This document shows, piece after piece, positions 1-12,941 of a stretch of 64,000 nucleotides of DNA. The DNA is from Emiliania huxleyi CCMP1516 (taxonomy: Eukaryota). Below the pieces are notes generated by a model, which saw only the letters and a list, made by a program, of their open reading frames with translations, had not been told where the DNA came from and made no database searches. Numbering within the stretch: the stretch's first letter is position 1; each line of letters starts with the position of its first letter. The stretch covers positions 791,331-855,330 of the forward strand of contig NW_005202428.1 of assembly GCF_000372725.1 (NCBI RefSeq), in the 5' to 3' direction. Position numbers and translations under genes: made by a program.

Positions 1-546
1 TCGTCCCCGCCCTGTATCCCAGCGCCTTGCGGTGGCTCCTGTATGAGTCCCCATATGACCATGTGATTTCTTTGCCTTCCTTGACTCCTCTCTGTCTCTC
101 TGCAAACAGGACCATCACCTGCGCAGCTGCCTTGCCTAATTGTATCTCCTCGTAGGGTCGTAGCGAACGAAGTGCGTTGCCCGCGTGCCTTGCTTCGGCT
201 CGTTTGGACTTTGATGCTGCTGGCCAGTCGAAGTCGCGCCGCCACGCTGTCAAAGTCGTCATCGCTTTCGTCGTCACTTCCATCCAGCCTGCGTCCCCCC
301 TGCTGCCGTGTGTCGTGACAGTTCGTCTGGTACTGTCTCTGGTGGCTGTGCTGTTCCTGTCCGGAAGATCTCCCCAGTGTAGATGCTACACACCTCGAAC
401 TTTTCCAGCCTCCTCGTCGCCAGTAGGCCGAGTTCCCCTTCCGCTATACTAGAGGGGCCTACCTTCGCCCCTACCACCGTGTCGCCCGCACCTTTCTTGT
501 AAACCTCCGCGAGGGCACGAAGACTGGTCAGTCGCCCTCCGGGCAC
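1..546 (-). pseudogene. Frameshifted SET-domain remnant, running off the window start
   Basis: ORF 274..546 has a SET N-terminal motif (VGPSSIAEGELGLLATRRLEKFEVCSIYTGE). A different minus frame below ~280 reads VMVLFAERQRGVKEGKEITWSYGDSY, matching the SET C-terminal GEElxxdY motif. No NHS motif was seen. Confidence 0.6.
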
Positions 547-1390
547 CGAAAACCTGTCGAACCACGCACTCGCACACGCCGAGCCGCGCGCGGCCGGCGC
601 CTCTCATGCCCTTCTCCACGCACACCGCGTGAAAACCGCGCGTACGTCCCCGCGAGAGTGCTTCACCCCCCCATGCCTGTGCTCTCTGACTCTGTGCAAC
701 AATACACTCACACACGCCCGCGCGGTTTACGCACTGCGCGTCTGCCCGCGCCCTGAGAAAACAGCAGCCTTACAACACAAGTAAGCCCGCACGACGCTGC
801 TTGCGCCCTCGCACGCCCGCACCTTCTCTGAGAGGTTCTCACCCGCTCTGCGGTCACAAAAAGAAAACCCTCCCTGCGGAAAAAAACAACACAGAACACT
901 GCACTCCAAGTGCTCCAAGAACACTCACACCCAGTTTGTCCGCATGTACTGTGAAATAGCCAGCCCATAAAACAAGAATTTTATAACTGAAAGAAGAAAA
1001 AGAGATTCGCAACCTCCCCCTGGGACACGAAAACAGGCGTAGCGTGTGTAGCACCGCTGCCAACGAAAATTTGGGGCGTCACACAGACAGCGAGATGGTC
1101 ACCAGTCCGATAAGGATCAACTGGAAGGCTGAACCCTGGGCTTAGACAGAACGGGCGAGGTAGGCTCCAAGGGAGACCACGCTCTACCCAAGGCGCCAAG
1201 GAGGAAAATCGAAACTGTTGGGCGTCCATCGCTAACACCCAACCGAGAGTTATAGGCGTCTGCAACTTCCAATGCGATTCTTGTATATTATCGTCGAGTA
1301 GTACAGGTATTCCGTGGGGGCGGTGTGTATTCTCGTTACATGTGCGTATTCTCGTATCACTGGCTCCGAGTAGAAAAAGAAAGAAAATAT

Positions 1391-1631
1391 GGTGTTGTGT
1401 GTCCGCTAGCTCCGAGTAGAGGGGGCGTTCTGCAGTTAAGTTGAAACCCGGTACACGGAGCCCTCTCGGAGACCCGTGTTTACTTTACGGCCCTTGCCCT
1501 GCGAACGCGCACCCCCAGGGCTAGGGCTCTCTTGCCCGCAACCCGATGCCAATCATCCGGCCCGCATGGGGTGCATCTTAGCTTCCCGGCCCTGGATGTG
1601 CGGTTGATGACTGCACTCCAAGTGCTCCAAG
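1391..1631 (+). repeat. Interspersed repeat of ~240 bp; inverted copy at 52958-53198, partial copy at ~15971-16015
   Basis: CTAGCTCCGAGTAGAGGGGGC...GTGTTTACTTTACGGCCCTT...CCCAGGGCTAGGGCTCTCTTGCCCGCAACCCGAT...CTGCACTCCAAGTGCTCCAAG aligns with the reverse complement of 52958-53198. Confidence 0.85.
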
Positions 1632-2039
1632 AGAGCAGACACGCGCATCCCCCCCCCCCCCCGAGTGCCGACCTATGACACGTGCACGGTCATCTCGGAG
1701 AGAGAAGGGGAGGGGCGAAGGGGGGGGTATGGGAGATTTATCCGCGGGAGTACCCTGGGAGTGAGAGAGATCAGGGGAACCAGACATGGGGAACGGACAC
1801 CAAGGCACTAACTTCATCACGCATTCGACCCGCGCGATCTAGCAAGCCCTGGTCGATGGGTCTTAGGATCGGCGGCCAGCTTCCCACATATGGCAGGTTA
1901 CGGGCTGGGGGGACCCGCGCCAAGGGGGAGAGAATGGAGGGGGGAGAGAAGGGCCGTTTTTCTTCAAGCAAGTTTTTTGGGCAAGCCCGAAAAATTGCCA
2001 GTTTTTTCACCGTGTCGCCCGCCGTTAGCATGGCCGTCG

Positions 2040-3700
2040 CTACTATCGCCGCCGCCTCTGCTGCTTGTCGGCGGAGCGCCTCGCGCCTTCCCTCGTCTCC
2101 ATGCTCCTGGTCTTGTTCTTTCTGTTTCCCTGCGCTTCCTGTCGCCGGCGTCCGTTCTCCTCTCTGCTCGTCGTCCTCGTCCCCTCGCTGTCGCCGCTTC
2201 CCTCCGGCGCTCGCCGCATCGTCGCTCCTGTCATCGCGCTTCCTGCGCCGGCCTTCGCTTTCGAGCTCGCAGTGGGTCGTTTTGAGTGTCATCCCCATCG
2301 CTCTCGTCGTTCTGCCTCTCCCCGCTTCGAGGCGTCTCTCCGCTTCCTCCTTTTCCTTCTCCTCGGCCTCACGTTGTCGACGTCGCCTCCGTCGCCAGCA
2401 AATACACGCATTCGCCGCCCACTCCATTTCTCGTATCCTTCTCTTCCTTCTGCCCTTCTTTCAAGCGTTCCGTTTCTGCGTCCACTCGCTCCTTCCTCTC
2501 CGCCCCGAGTCCCTTCCTCTTCCCTTCCCGTACTTTGATTATATTGATGCCGCCGTCTGCTGCAGTGCCTTGAGTGAAGTCACCACCCGTGTGTCATACT
2601 CCCTCATGATGTGTCTTCTGGCGGGTCCTGGTCCATCACGCTCGGCTCGGGCAGTATTCAGCGAGCAGTTGCTCCATCGCCTCCCATTCTTCGTCGCTCT
2701 CCCTTCTCCCTGCGCACCTCTTCGTCGCCCCAGCAATGGCGCGTACAGCGAGCGCCTGGGCTTCGCACACTCTGCGGTGTGGGCGAGTGTCCGCCTCCTT
2801 GACTTCGGCGGCGTCCATTGTAGCGCTTTGAGCACGTCCGCCGCGCCTTTTCTCATCGCCCGGTGGTGCTCCCTCCTCTCTCCCTTCACCGCCTCGCACT
2901 CGGCGCATAGGACATGTCTAGAATTAGCTGCAGTTGGGGTGCCAACAACCTTCAGCCCCGTCGGCACACGCTCCTCCTCCCTCCTCGTCCCACCCGTCCT
3001 GCCGCGCCTCTGCCTCTAGGCTGGCCCTCCATCCCCTCCCGTGCTCTATACCTCGGGTCTGTCCCGTCCGCATGCCGTGCACTAGCCTTAGCCTCGCCTT
3101 TTCCCCGCAGGCCTCGGGTTGGGGCTGGGTCGATTTTGGACCCCTTTCTCTGTCTCCCTCGTATCTCGTGTCGCCTGATTTCGTCCCCGTCGCCTTGATT
3201 ACCGTCCTCCACACGTTGTCGTCTTCTCCCTTCCGCGGCCGCTGCGTGCCCGCCGTCCAGCCACTTCCGTACCCACCGTCCAATTTTCTCCTTCGCCTCT
3301 TGATACAGCCTCCTGTCTCGGATCTCCGGCGCCTGCCCCTCCTCCTCATGCATGTAGATGCATGCCCTGATCGTCACGTGTCGTGCTAGGTCCATCTCGT
3401 ACGCGCTTGCTACCCTGCTCCGCAGGTGTGCCTTTGCCGCCGCGTCCGCCATGGAATTGGGCGCGTTGCCCGCGTGCCCCTCCGTGAAGACGAATCACGT
3501 ACCCTCCGCGAGGCGTTGTATAATGTCGATCTGTGCTCGCACCGCCGCATTGAGTGCGCTCTCCTATTTGTCTCGCCGCGTGTCCGCCCCCGATACGCCC
3601 GTTCGATTCCTTGAGCGCCGTCTCGCTGTCCGACATCACTAGGCATCGGTGAGGCTGGAGGGTCATTTCCCGGTTTAAATCGTCCCGCCTTCATGCGCAG
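2040..3700 (-). mobile_element. Decayed RNase H-bearing non-LTR retrotransposon, 3' part
   Basis: Broken minus frames give CLVMSDSETALK and FVFTEGHAGNAPNSMADAAAKAHL (RNase H DS and GHxGxxxNxxAD motifs), then LCAECEA...HTAEC (Zn-binding-like). There are several frameshifts. Confidence 0.6.
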
Positions 3701-3841
3701 GAAGCTGTAGCGCTTTTGCTCTTATAGAGCTGAAGCTTGAGGTGTAATATGCGTACGTGTTCTTACCTTGATAGCCCTGGACGGACCACACAGCACCCGG
3801 GGCAGGTCTCTAATGTCTCTAAAACAAGAAACAAAATTCGG

Positions 3842-4627
3842 TCAGGCTTGCCGTCTGGCCTCCTTGTCTCGCTTGTCCTTCTTGGCCTTCTTCTTCTCCT
3901 TCTTCTTCTTCTTCTCCTCGTCGTCGTCCGTCGCCCCCTTCTCCCCCATGGTCTCCCCCCCCCTCTCCTTGGCCTCCCGTTTCGCCTTTTTCGCCGCCTT
4001 CTTGGCCGCCTTCTGCTCGCTCGCAGCGTCTCCCTCCTCGCTCCGCTTCCGCTTCTTCTTCTTCGGCGATTGCGGCTCCGCCGCCGCCACTGCAGCATCC
4101 CCCGCTGTCTGGGGCGCCGCTGCGGCGGAGCAGCTCTGCGGCTGCGCGCTCGACGCGTTGGAGCTCGTGCTGGCGGCAGAAACGGTGGCAGCCCCGTTCG
4201 TTGGGCCAAAGCGGGGCAGGTTGCGCTGACGCAAGCCCTGAAGCTGCGGCACCGGAGGGAGCTCGGCAGGTCCACCGCGCTCCCCTGCCGCGCTGGGCAG
4301 GCGCATGCATGCCGAATAGCATGCGGAGATTGATCCTCTGGTCACCCACCGGCCGTGCTCGCGGCTGGGAAAAGCCGCCGCAAAGGAGGCGACCTCACAC
4401 AGCGGAAGCGGCCGGACGGCAAAGTGTCCGTCACCGACTGGCGCCTCGGCTGCGCCTTCAGCAAGCATGACGCCATCGAGCGACGCCGCGTCGAAGCCGG
4501 GAGGCACGCGGATCAGGATGAGGTCGTCGCAGTCCTCGACGCCGGAAGCCTCGGCGCCCTCGGCGATCTCGACAGCGCCTTCGCCGCGCAATGTCACCTC
4601 CGCGAAATCGGACGGTCCCGCTGCCAT
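3842..4627 (-). CDS. RPA34: RNA polymerase I subunit RPA34/PAF49-like protein
   Basis: Intronless ORF from MAAGPS with LILIRVPPGFDAASLDG (A34 family LIxxPxxF motif) and a very Lys-rich C-terminal tail. Confidence 0.6.
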   Translation of the reverse strand: MAAGPSDFAEVTLRGEGAVEIAEGAEASGVEDCDDLILIRVPPGFDAASLDGVMLAEGAAEAPVGDGHFAVRPLPLCEVASFAAAFPSREHGRWVTRGSISACYSACMRLPSAAGERGGPAELPPVPQLQGLRQRNLPRFGPTNGAATVSAASTSSNASSAQPQSCSAAAAPQTAGDAAVAAAEPQSPKKKKRKRSEEGDAASEQKAAKKAAKKAKREAKERGGETMGEKGATDDDEEKKKKKEKKKAKKDKRDKEARRQA

Positions 4628-5550
4628 CGCGACGTTACTCACCAGGGGAGTCGCCCAAGAGAGTCGCGCCGTCGTGAAGTTGCTCGTACCGCTCGGCGAG
4701 GAGCGGAGCACTACTACTCTCTCGTGCCAAATGCCTCGCGTCGTCGCGTCGTCGCGAAAAAGAAAACAGCGACCCCGCCGCAAGCGGCCGGAAGGGAGCA
4801 GGAGAGCCCACCTGTCCCCCTGATCGTCCTTCCAAAATCCTGCTCGTGCAGGTGTGGACCCTGTCCTCCTCCCCTATCCCTCGCCGATGTCTGTTTTCTT
4901 TCTTTAAGACCGCCGCAAGCGGCGTGGCGTGGAGCCGTTGTGCATCCCTCCGGGGGCCCATCTGCGCCGGGGAGGCGTTGTTGGAGGCTAGGACGCAAGC
5001 GTCCGTCGCCCTTTTCAAACTCGGGGCCCACTCCGCTATACGCTCCGACCCGAATTTGGAGGGCCTAAAAGTTTAAGGTGTTGCTGCGCAAAAGGGGTCG
5101 GACACAGGGCGCAGCTCATGCTAAGAGCCAGACGGGGAGCTAGAGAGAACGACTACCCTGTCCCGTTATTGCGTACACCAACACCACAAAAGCTCTCTCT
5201 CTCCTGTCCTCACTCAGGGGGGTCACAACTACCGAGTCCCTCGACTAGCTGCCACGTTGCCGACCGAGAGCGGATCTCCTCCTGCTCCGCAAGGAGGGTG
5301 GCTAAGGCTAAAGTCTTGCCGGAGCCGGATTTGGCGGACGTTCTCAATTTTACGGATGTCTTGGCACCAGCCGAAGGCTTGCGTCCCAGATCGCCACATT
5401 TGTGCACGGTATTCGGATTTTGCTATTTGTTCGTGTAGGGGTATATTGCAGATTTGTCAATGGTTCCGCGTCTGCGACGCGGGCGCCTTGCGAGCAGAGC
5501 CCTTAGGCCACCCTTTATATCTTGCGCGGTCAAAACTCCTAAGCGGGTAA

Positions 5551-5875
5551 GACTCTGACCTGTTCCGACCTTGATCAGACCGATGCGAAGCTGAGTACTG
5601 ACCTGTTCCGACCGTCATCACTTTGAACATGGTCGGATCTCATGGTCGGATCAGGGGCGGAACATGGTCTGGAAATTCCCTAGGTGCCGCCGCCGCTGAC
5701 CGCTGTTCGAGCACGGTCGGATCAGGTCGGATCACGGTCGGAACAGGGTCGGAGTAGGACTCGAACACGTGGTCGAACGCGGTCGGATCATGTTATGATC
5801 ATACCTTGTTCCGACCGTGTTCGGAACGCTGCCGAACACCCGGAACCCGGTCGGATCATAACTCTTTCCCTGGCC
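5551..5875. repeat. Cluster of TGTTCCGACC / GGTCGGATCA motifs in both orientations (MITE-like remnant)
   Basis: The motif recurs many times in direct and inverted orientation; termini and TSD were not resolved. Confidence 0.4.
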
Positions 5876-5919
5876 TGTAGTGCCGTCCTCTGTCTTGTCG
5901 GTGTTCCCCGGCGCCCTGG

Positions 5920-6407
<488 letters not shown>

Positions 6408-6536
6408 GGCATGGGTCGCTTGAGCGAGCCACGGGAGGTAGGCGAGGAAAGCTAGCGACCGCATGAGTCCATAAGATCGCGCTGTCGGGAGAATATTACG
6501 AAACCAAAACACGATATACGGAATACGAATCTCCAA

Positions 6537-8267
6537 TAGTGGGGGAAATGGCTCAGTGTGCGAATAAATTTTTTCCAGGCCGCTCTTCTGGATTCGACAC
6601 TTCAGCTTGGTATAGTATCATCGTATGCTTCTCGAGGGGGTATCAGGGTATGCTCTAGGCCTCTGTGGGGACCCATCTCGGCTGGGTATCAAGGTATCAT
6701 CGGCGGCCGCGCAGCGAAGCGACAATTCACACTTCTCACCGAGGACCGAGCCCTCCCGCATGGTCCGCCCCGGTATCATTCAAACTCTTTGCGCTTCCGC
6801 CGTACCCGCGCGCCACGCCCACCAGCTGTTGCGCGCGCAATGCACGCCTCCTCGTTTCGGCAAAGCCAGCTGTTTCGGAATTCACCGGATGTTGCAGCGC
6901 AAGGCGGCGAAGACGGCCGCGAGCGAGGAGTTTGCGCGCCAGCAGCTCGCATCGGCGCAGGCGATGGGGGCGGCGGCGGGGGACACCGAGTCCGCAGCGG
7001 AGCCCGCCACGGCGCCTAACCCCGCGCCCCCCGCGGCGCCGGCCCCGGCCGCAGCCGTGCAGGCCGCGGCCCCTCCCACGGCTGCAGCCGCACCGGCTGC
7101 GGCCGCGGGCCCGTCAAATGCGACGACGGCCGCCATTAGCGCCCTCCTCGCCCAGCGCATTGCTTAGTGGTGCGCTCGCCTCCCTCCTGCGCGACGCTCA
7201 TTCGAGCGCGTTGTCTGTCTTGGCGCGCGCGCAGCGCGCGCGAAGAGGTGTGAAGAGGGGGGTCGTGTCCGGTGTGAAGGGTAACCCACCAGGGTATCAG
7301 CCTATCCTCTAGGGGCCCAATGCGGGTCCTCTCAAGAGGGTATCAGGGTATAGCCCTGGGGTATGATCTGGCATACGATGATACTATACCAAGCTGAAGT
7401 GTCGAATCCTGGGCCGGTATGCACCAAAAGTGTTCGGTAGACCAGCCTCTCGGTACACGCCACGGCCCCGGGCTAGGCCCGATGCGTCCGCTACCACGCT
7501 CCAAACATGCGCACCGTCCTGCTGCAGGTCGCCATCAAGGAGCCGTCCTCGTCGTGTACGTCGTGCTGCCGTCGCGTGTACCGAGATGCCTCGCAACCGA
7601 GGCCTCGGCCGAACGGGCAAGAAGCATAAGAAATCAGCCAACGACAACATCCACAGGCAGCCCAAGGCGACCACCGAGCCCACGGTCGCCACCGAGGCGC
7701 CGGAGCCGCCCGCCGCGCCCGACACCTCGCCGAAAATGGAGGTCGAGCCGGCAGCGCCCGACGCGCAGGCGCTCGCGACAGGTGCGGCTGCTCGGCGACG
7801 TCGAGCGTGGTGCCCGACGGCTCAGGAGCCTTCTACCATAAACCACTACCACGGCTGCCACCGTCGGCGCCTTCGCTCGAGCTCTCCGAGGCCGCGTTCT
7901 GACCTCGTGCCGCGGCTGTTGTCGCTACAGCAGCGACGAGGGCCGCGGCAAGGGGTGCAGCGGCGACGGGGGGGGGGGAGAGGCGCGGCCAGCTACCGGG
8001 TCGTTGCCCCCGCCCACCGCGCCGGGCCCCTGCACCCGGAGGCGGCTTGCGGCAGCCTTCCTGTGTCTCCGTGCGACCCGCTTGGGTAGCCGGCCATGTG
8101 TGGCCCGCTGCCGGAAAAAATCCGGGGTTTAGCTGGCGTATCTCGGGCCCACTTTAGAGCTAGGGCATGATCTTAGGTGTTCTGGATAGCCCACAAGGGT
8201 CTTCTTTGGCATGGTAGCGGTGGTTTTGCGCGAGGCGTTCATTCAAAAATCACCATTTCCCCCACTA
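6537..8267. mobile_element. Non-autonomous TIR DNA transposon, 1731 bp (hAT-like TAG...CTA ends)
   Basis: Perfect 15 bp TIR TAGTGGGGGAAATGG (6537-6551) / CCATTTCCCCCACTA (8253-8267). TSD TCTCCAA at 6530-6536 and 8268-8274. An empty site is visible at ~27269-27275. Confidence 0.9.
6591..7408. mobile_element. Nested non-autonomous TIR element, possibly PIF/Harbinger-like
   Basis: Perfect 38 bp inverted repeat GATTCGACACTTCAGCTTGGTATAGTATCATCGTATGC (6591-6628 / 7371-7408), with CTG on both flanks and GGGTATCA subterminal motifs. Confidence 0.8.
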
Positions 8268-8679
8268 TCTCCAAAACCCAAAAGGAAATAGGAATGAAAT
8301 CCCTTATGGATATAATCGCCTAATAATCTCTGGGCGGAGCGGAGATGGCGGTATTATAATATAGCGGACTATAATGCCCGGGAACAGATAACACGGATCT
8401 CTTATCAACTGCACTCCAAGTGCTCCAAGCTCCAAGGTGCTCCACGCCACCCTCCAAGTGCTTCACATAACAGTTAACACGGCGCACAGACGACACACCG
8501 CCGGACAGCGGACTCGCTCGCACAGAGTACTGAGTATCGTGGGGATGAACTCCACCGAGCTGTTATCCTGTAACCCAAAAGGGGACCCGCACACAAATCA
8601 TGACACAAAATTCAATGGCACACGCAGCCTCCGCTCGGGCGGGCGGGGCGCTCGTCGATGGCGCTCGTGTCGACGTCGC

Positions 8680-11600
8680 TCAGCCGTCGCTCCAGCAGTC
8701 GGTCGCGCCGAGCTCGCACAGCGCGGCGCGCACGTCGTCCGCCTCGAGCAGCAGCGGCGCCTCGCCGCGCAAGCGGTACGCGACGTGCAGCGCGGCGATG
8801 GCGTCGCTCCGGCGGCGGGGCGGGATCTCGCTCACCTGGGCCACCGCCCGCCCGTTGATGGTCGGCCCTGCGGCAAGCAGCGTGCCTGCGGGGAGGAGGG
8901 AGGGCGGGGAGAGGCATGCCGTCAGCACGGGACGGCACGAGGGCGACGCCGCATCTGCAACGCCCGCCGCACCGAAGCGCGACTCGAGCCGCAGCGCTGT
9001 CGGCCCGGAGCAGTGCATGCGCGCGAGGGCGAGGATCAGCCGTGGGGCGAGGCCAGGCAGCGGCTTCCCCTCGACTCGACCCTGCGCGCCGTCGGCAGCC
9101 TCCTGGGAGACTGCCACCTGCGCCGCCTTCTCGAGGCCGAGCAAATGCCACGTCTGCGGCGGCGCGGGGGCACGAATGTCAAAACGGCGCAGCCACATTC
9201 ACTGGGCCGCGGCGCGCGTGCGTGAAACCAAACACCACGCAAGGGCGAGACTGCCGGGGGTGAGGTCCAGGGGAAAGGGAACACAACGGAGGCGAGGGGA
9301 GCCGTGCGCACCGTAGCGAGCGCGGCGAACTCCTCGGCAGTGCAGCGCGGCGCGCCAAAGCTGCCGCCGTGCAGCGCGACGCCCTCGGCGAACGAGGCGG
9401 GGCTTGCCGCCGCCATCGCGCGCTCGTGCGGCCTCGCCTCGCGCAGCGGCGAGAGGAGCGCCGAGGCGCGCCGCAGCGGCTTGATGGCCGCGTCTCGCAT
9501 CGCCGTGGTCGCCTAACACGGTGAGCGGCGGTTGGGCTGCGGCCGGCTACCCCTGCTCCCCCCAAAACCCGCTCCCTACGACCTGCAATCCGTCGCACGC
9601 AATCACCGCCGCCGCCGCCGCCGCCGCCGCGGCGGCGGCGGCGGCCGCGTCCACGGCCACGTCGTTGGCGGCGGCGGCGCAAGCGACCGACGCGGCGGAG
9701 ACGGCCGACGCGGCCGCGGCCTCCTCGGGCATGGGGAGGGGCGCGTAGGCGCAGAGCGACGCGGCGAGGCAGTAGCCGAGCACCTCCTCTGCGCACGCGC
9801 CTACTCCGCACCGCACACCCCGCTCAGCGCGCGGGAAGCGCTCACACGCCCGCCCGGCCGCCGCCGCCCGCCGGGAGGGATGCAGCCCGCCGCAGCTCGC
9901 ATCGCCTCGGCATCGAACCGCTCCGGGTCGTACAAATGCGCGGCCGAGGCGGCTAGGCCGCTGCTCGCCTCCCCACTACTCAGCGCCCCGCAACTCAGCG
10001 GGTCCCCAAAGAGCGCGGGCGCGACGCAGCGCGGCAGCGAACGCAGCAGCGCCGCGCCGGCGACGCTGCCGTCCTCCTCGCCGGCGCAATCCACCTCCGG
10101 CGCGCGGCCCGAGAGGGCGTCAGGCTGGCCCGAGAGGGCGTCTGGCTGGCCCGAGAGGGCGTCAGGCTGGCGCTCCTCCCGCGCCGGCGGCTCCTCCGCC
10201 CCGCCCGACCGGCCCGCGGCCGCCGCCCCCTGCAGCTCCTGCGGTCAGAGTTAATTAACTATTAATTAACTATTAATTAACTATTATTAGCTATTAATTA
10301 ACTGCAGCTCCTGCGGGCAGAGCCGCACGCCGCACGCGAGCGCATACAGCGAGAGGAGCGGCTCCAGCTCTCCGCGCCTCGCGACCTACGGGACATGTCG
10401 CGGACGCGTGTTGGACGTGTCTTGGACATCGCTCGACCTCTCCACACCGCGCGGCCTTGCGCAGCTCGGCCGCCTTGCGCGAGCCAGACACCTTGCTCGA
10501 GAGAGCGCCGACCGCGAGCGGCGCGGCGAGCCAGAAAGAGTCGTGCAGCTCGAAGCGCAGGGTGGCGCGGAAGCGCAGCGCGCGCAGCAGCCTCACCGGG
10601 TCGTCGCGGAGCACCTGAGGACAAGTCTCGGACATGTCATGGACATGTCCCGGACATGCAGCAGCCTCACCGGGTCGTCGCGGAGCACCTTGATCCACCA
10701 CGCCACCTGCAGCAGCGCCTGCCGCTCGACGGAGGCGCCGGCGCGGATGTCGGCGGCGTCGGCCGCGCACGACGCGCCCAGCCGCGAGCCGCACGCCCAC
10801 GCGCCGCCCACGCGGGTCCCAATCCCCAGGGCGGCGGCCAGGGACCGCTCTGCCGGCGTCGGCAGCGCCTCCGCCCAGACCTCGTCGAGAGGTCTCTCTC
10901 GCGGGTACGGCGAGCGCAGAGTGCCGCGGCGCAAGTCGGAGAGGCCGCCGTACCTGCGCACGGAATGCCAAGGATCGGGGCCACGGGTCGTCAGCAGGAC
11001 GGAGTGTCAGCGGACGGAGGCGTCTCGGAAGTGTCTCGGAAGTGTCACATCGGCGTCTCGAGTCGCACCAGTCCAGCAGACGGTACTGCAACGACGACGC
11101 GGCCGCAGCAGCAAAGTAGGAGCGCTCGAACGCGGGCAGCATCGCGCGGCGCCATGCGGTTCCGTCGGCGGCGATGCGGCCGCTCGCGTCCGTGCCCCGC
11201 TCCCCCTCGGCCGGCAGCCCGCGCTGCTTAGCCCATGCAGACCTACCGCATGGGCACGCTCTGGGTCGGAAGAGAGCTGCTCGCGAGCAGCGCGCGAGCA
11301 AAAGTGCTACGATGCCCACGGCGTGGGTGCGATGGGATGCAGCCGACGTGTCCTCTCGAGCGCCCGTGGGATGCCGGCGGTGTACCACCCCCCTCCCCCC
11401 CCCCTCCCCCCCCCACCCCTCCCGCATCTCCCGCATCTCCCGCATCTAGATAGATCCCGCATCTAGGCTCGCAGACCACGCCGCCTCGACAGGTCTCCAG
11501 TCGACCCCGCCCAGCCTCACCTTGCGCAACGCGCCGTCGGCGAGGGGGGCCGCAGCTGCCGCGGCGGCGTTGAGGGCGTCGGAGGCGCTCTCGCCCTCGG

Positions 11601-12345
11601 CCGCCCCCGTCCCCTCCCCCCCCTCGCCTCCCCCCTCGCCTCCCTCGCTCAGCGTGACCCACTGCTGCCCGCGAGAGACGTGCAGCAGCATCGCACCGAT
11701 GGTCAGGTCGCGGCGCAGGGCGTCCTGCCGCGGCGAGCCGCGCTGGTCGCGGCGAGGGACGCGGTCGCCCTCGTCGTACACCTCCTCCCCGATCGTCGGC
11801 ATCATGTCCACAGTCAGTCGCGTCCCGCCGACCGTGAGCCGCACCTTTGCTGTGTCGACCGCCTTTGCACGCGAAGCGTCCGACAGCGCCGTCTTCAGCT
11901 CGACGTCGGTCACGCCCAGCTCGGGGCGCCGCCGCGCGTACCGCGGGAGCTCGGCGGTCAGCGACCCGATGGTCACCTCCCGCCCACACTGCCGCAGGCA
12001 GACGGAGATGTCGAGGTCCGCCGGCGGCGCGCCGAGAAGCAGGTCGCGCACATAGCCGCCGGAGAGGAAGAGGGGCGCGTCCTCTGCGGTGTCGTGTAGG
12101 AACTCGAGGAGGAACCCCAACACAAGCTTCTCGCGCTGCGATATGAGTGTCGCCACCATGCCGCGAGGCAAAAAGGATCCGTGCGACAGCGGCTCGCCGG
12201 ATTTGCCAACCCACGCTGCGTCGAGCCCAGAAACGGACAGCGGCTTCGCGCCCCCAGGCGGGGCGCCCCGACCAGCCCACGCACGCTGGGTCCCGGTCAA
12301 GCGAACGACGGCCACGCAGGCCAGGACGCCCATTAATCCCACCAT
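8680..12345 (-). CDS. Class II tRNA nucleotidyltransferase (CCA-adding enzyme / PolyA_pol family), multi-exon
   Basis: Motifs LSGGYVRDLLLG, DLDI, GSPRQDALRRDLTIGAM, RDDPVRLLRALRF and VSGSRKAAELRK across ORFs 11446..12675 and 10294..11445. The likely start is MVGLMGVLAC, because the ORF further upstream lies in a repeat. The 3' exons are approximate. Confidence 0.85.
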
Positions 12346-12409
12346 TCGGCGTGGGTGGGACGCTGCTGAGAAGTGGTTCACCGAGCGTAGTTCTTTTTTT
12401 GAGCTTACA

Positions 12410-12705
12410 ATAGCCTTCGATGTTAGGAAACAAAGAAAGGCAAGGCGGACATGGCATATCGCTCTCGGGCCCACAGACATCCCGCACACCCGCCGCACAC
12501 CCGCCGCCCCCCCGCGCGCCCCACCCCGGCAGGGAGAAAGGGGAGTTTTGGGAAGGACAGCCGAGTACTCGAGTATCTTGCACTCCATGTGCAAGCACGC
12601 AGAGAGAAATGAAAGCCGTCCGACCCACAAGTCCGGCTCACGCGCCCCGACCTTACCATCTACCGCACTGAACACTTTCGCCCCCTCGCTCCCAACCCAT
12701 CATCC
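12410..12705 (+). repeat. Interspersed repeat; second copy at ~45344-45890, interrupted by a CACTA MITE
   Basis: Shared ATAGCCTTCGATGTTA...ATCGCTCTCGGGCCCACAGACATCCCGCACACCCGCCGC...TACCGCACTGAACACTTTCGCCCCCTCGC. Confidence 0.85.
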
Positions 12706-12842
12706 ATCCACCTCGCCGCGAGGCGCCGCGCGATCTCGGGCGATCTCGGGCTATCTCGGAGCTCCGCGCCACGCCGCCCCCCCTCTTTTTTTGCATTTAC
12801 TGCCTGTCCCGTGCCTAGTGAGAGAGATTTCTTGCCTAGTGT

Positions 12843-12941
12843 AAAGAAAGAAAGAAAACAGACAACCCAAGGGAGGGATGGGAGGACGGCACGCCGCCAC
12901 CACACAGGGATTTTAAGGAGAGGGGTGTGATGCGCTAGCCG
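12843..12941 (-). mobile_element. 5'-truncated retroposon with a (TTTC)n tail and 13 bp TSD
   Basis: TSD TCTTGCCTAGTGT at 12830-12842 and 12942-12954. An opposite-orientation copy lies at 13183-13285. Confidence 0.8.

Larger units (their letters stand above)
6409..8386 (-). mobile_element. LTR-like fragment (6409-6536 + 8275-8386) split by a DNA transposon
   Basis: The two halves are contiguous in the uninterrupted copy at ~27138-27382. The minus-strand start is TGTTCCCGGGCATTATAG. Confidence 0.75.

Noticed and set aside
12346..12675. N-terminal 110 aa of ORF 11446..12675
   Set aside because: It lies mostly in an interspersed repeat also present at 45.3-45.9 kb, so the real start is probably 12345 or 12333.
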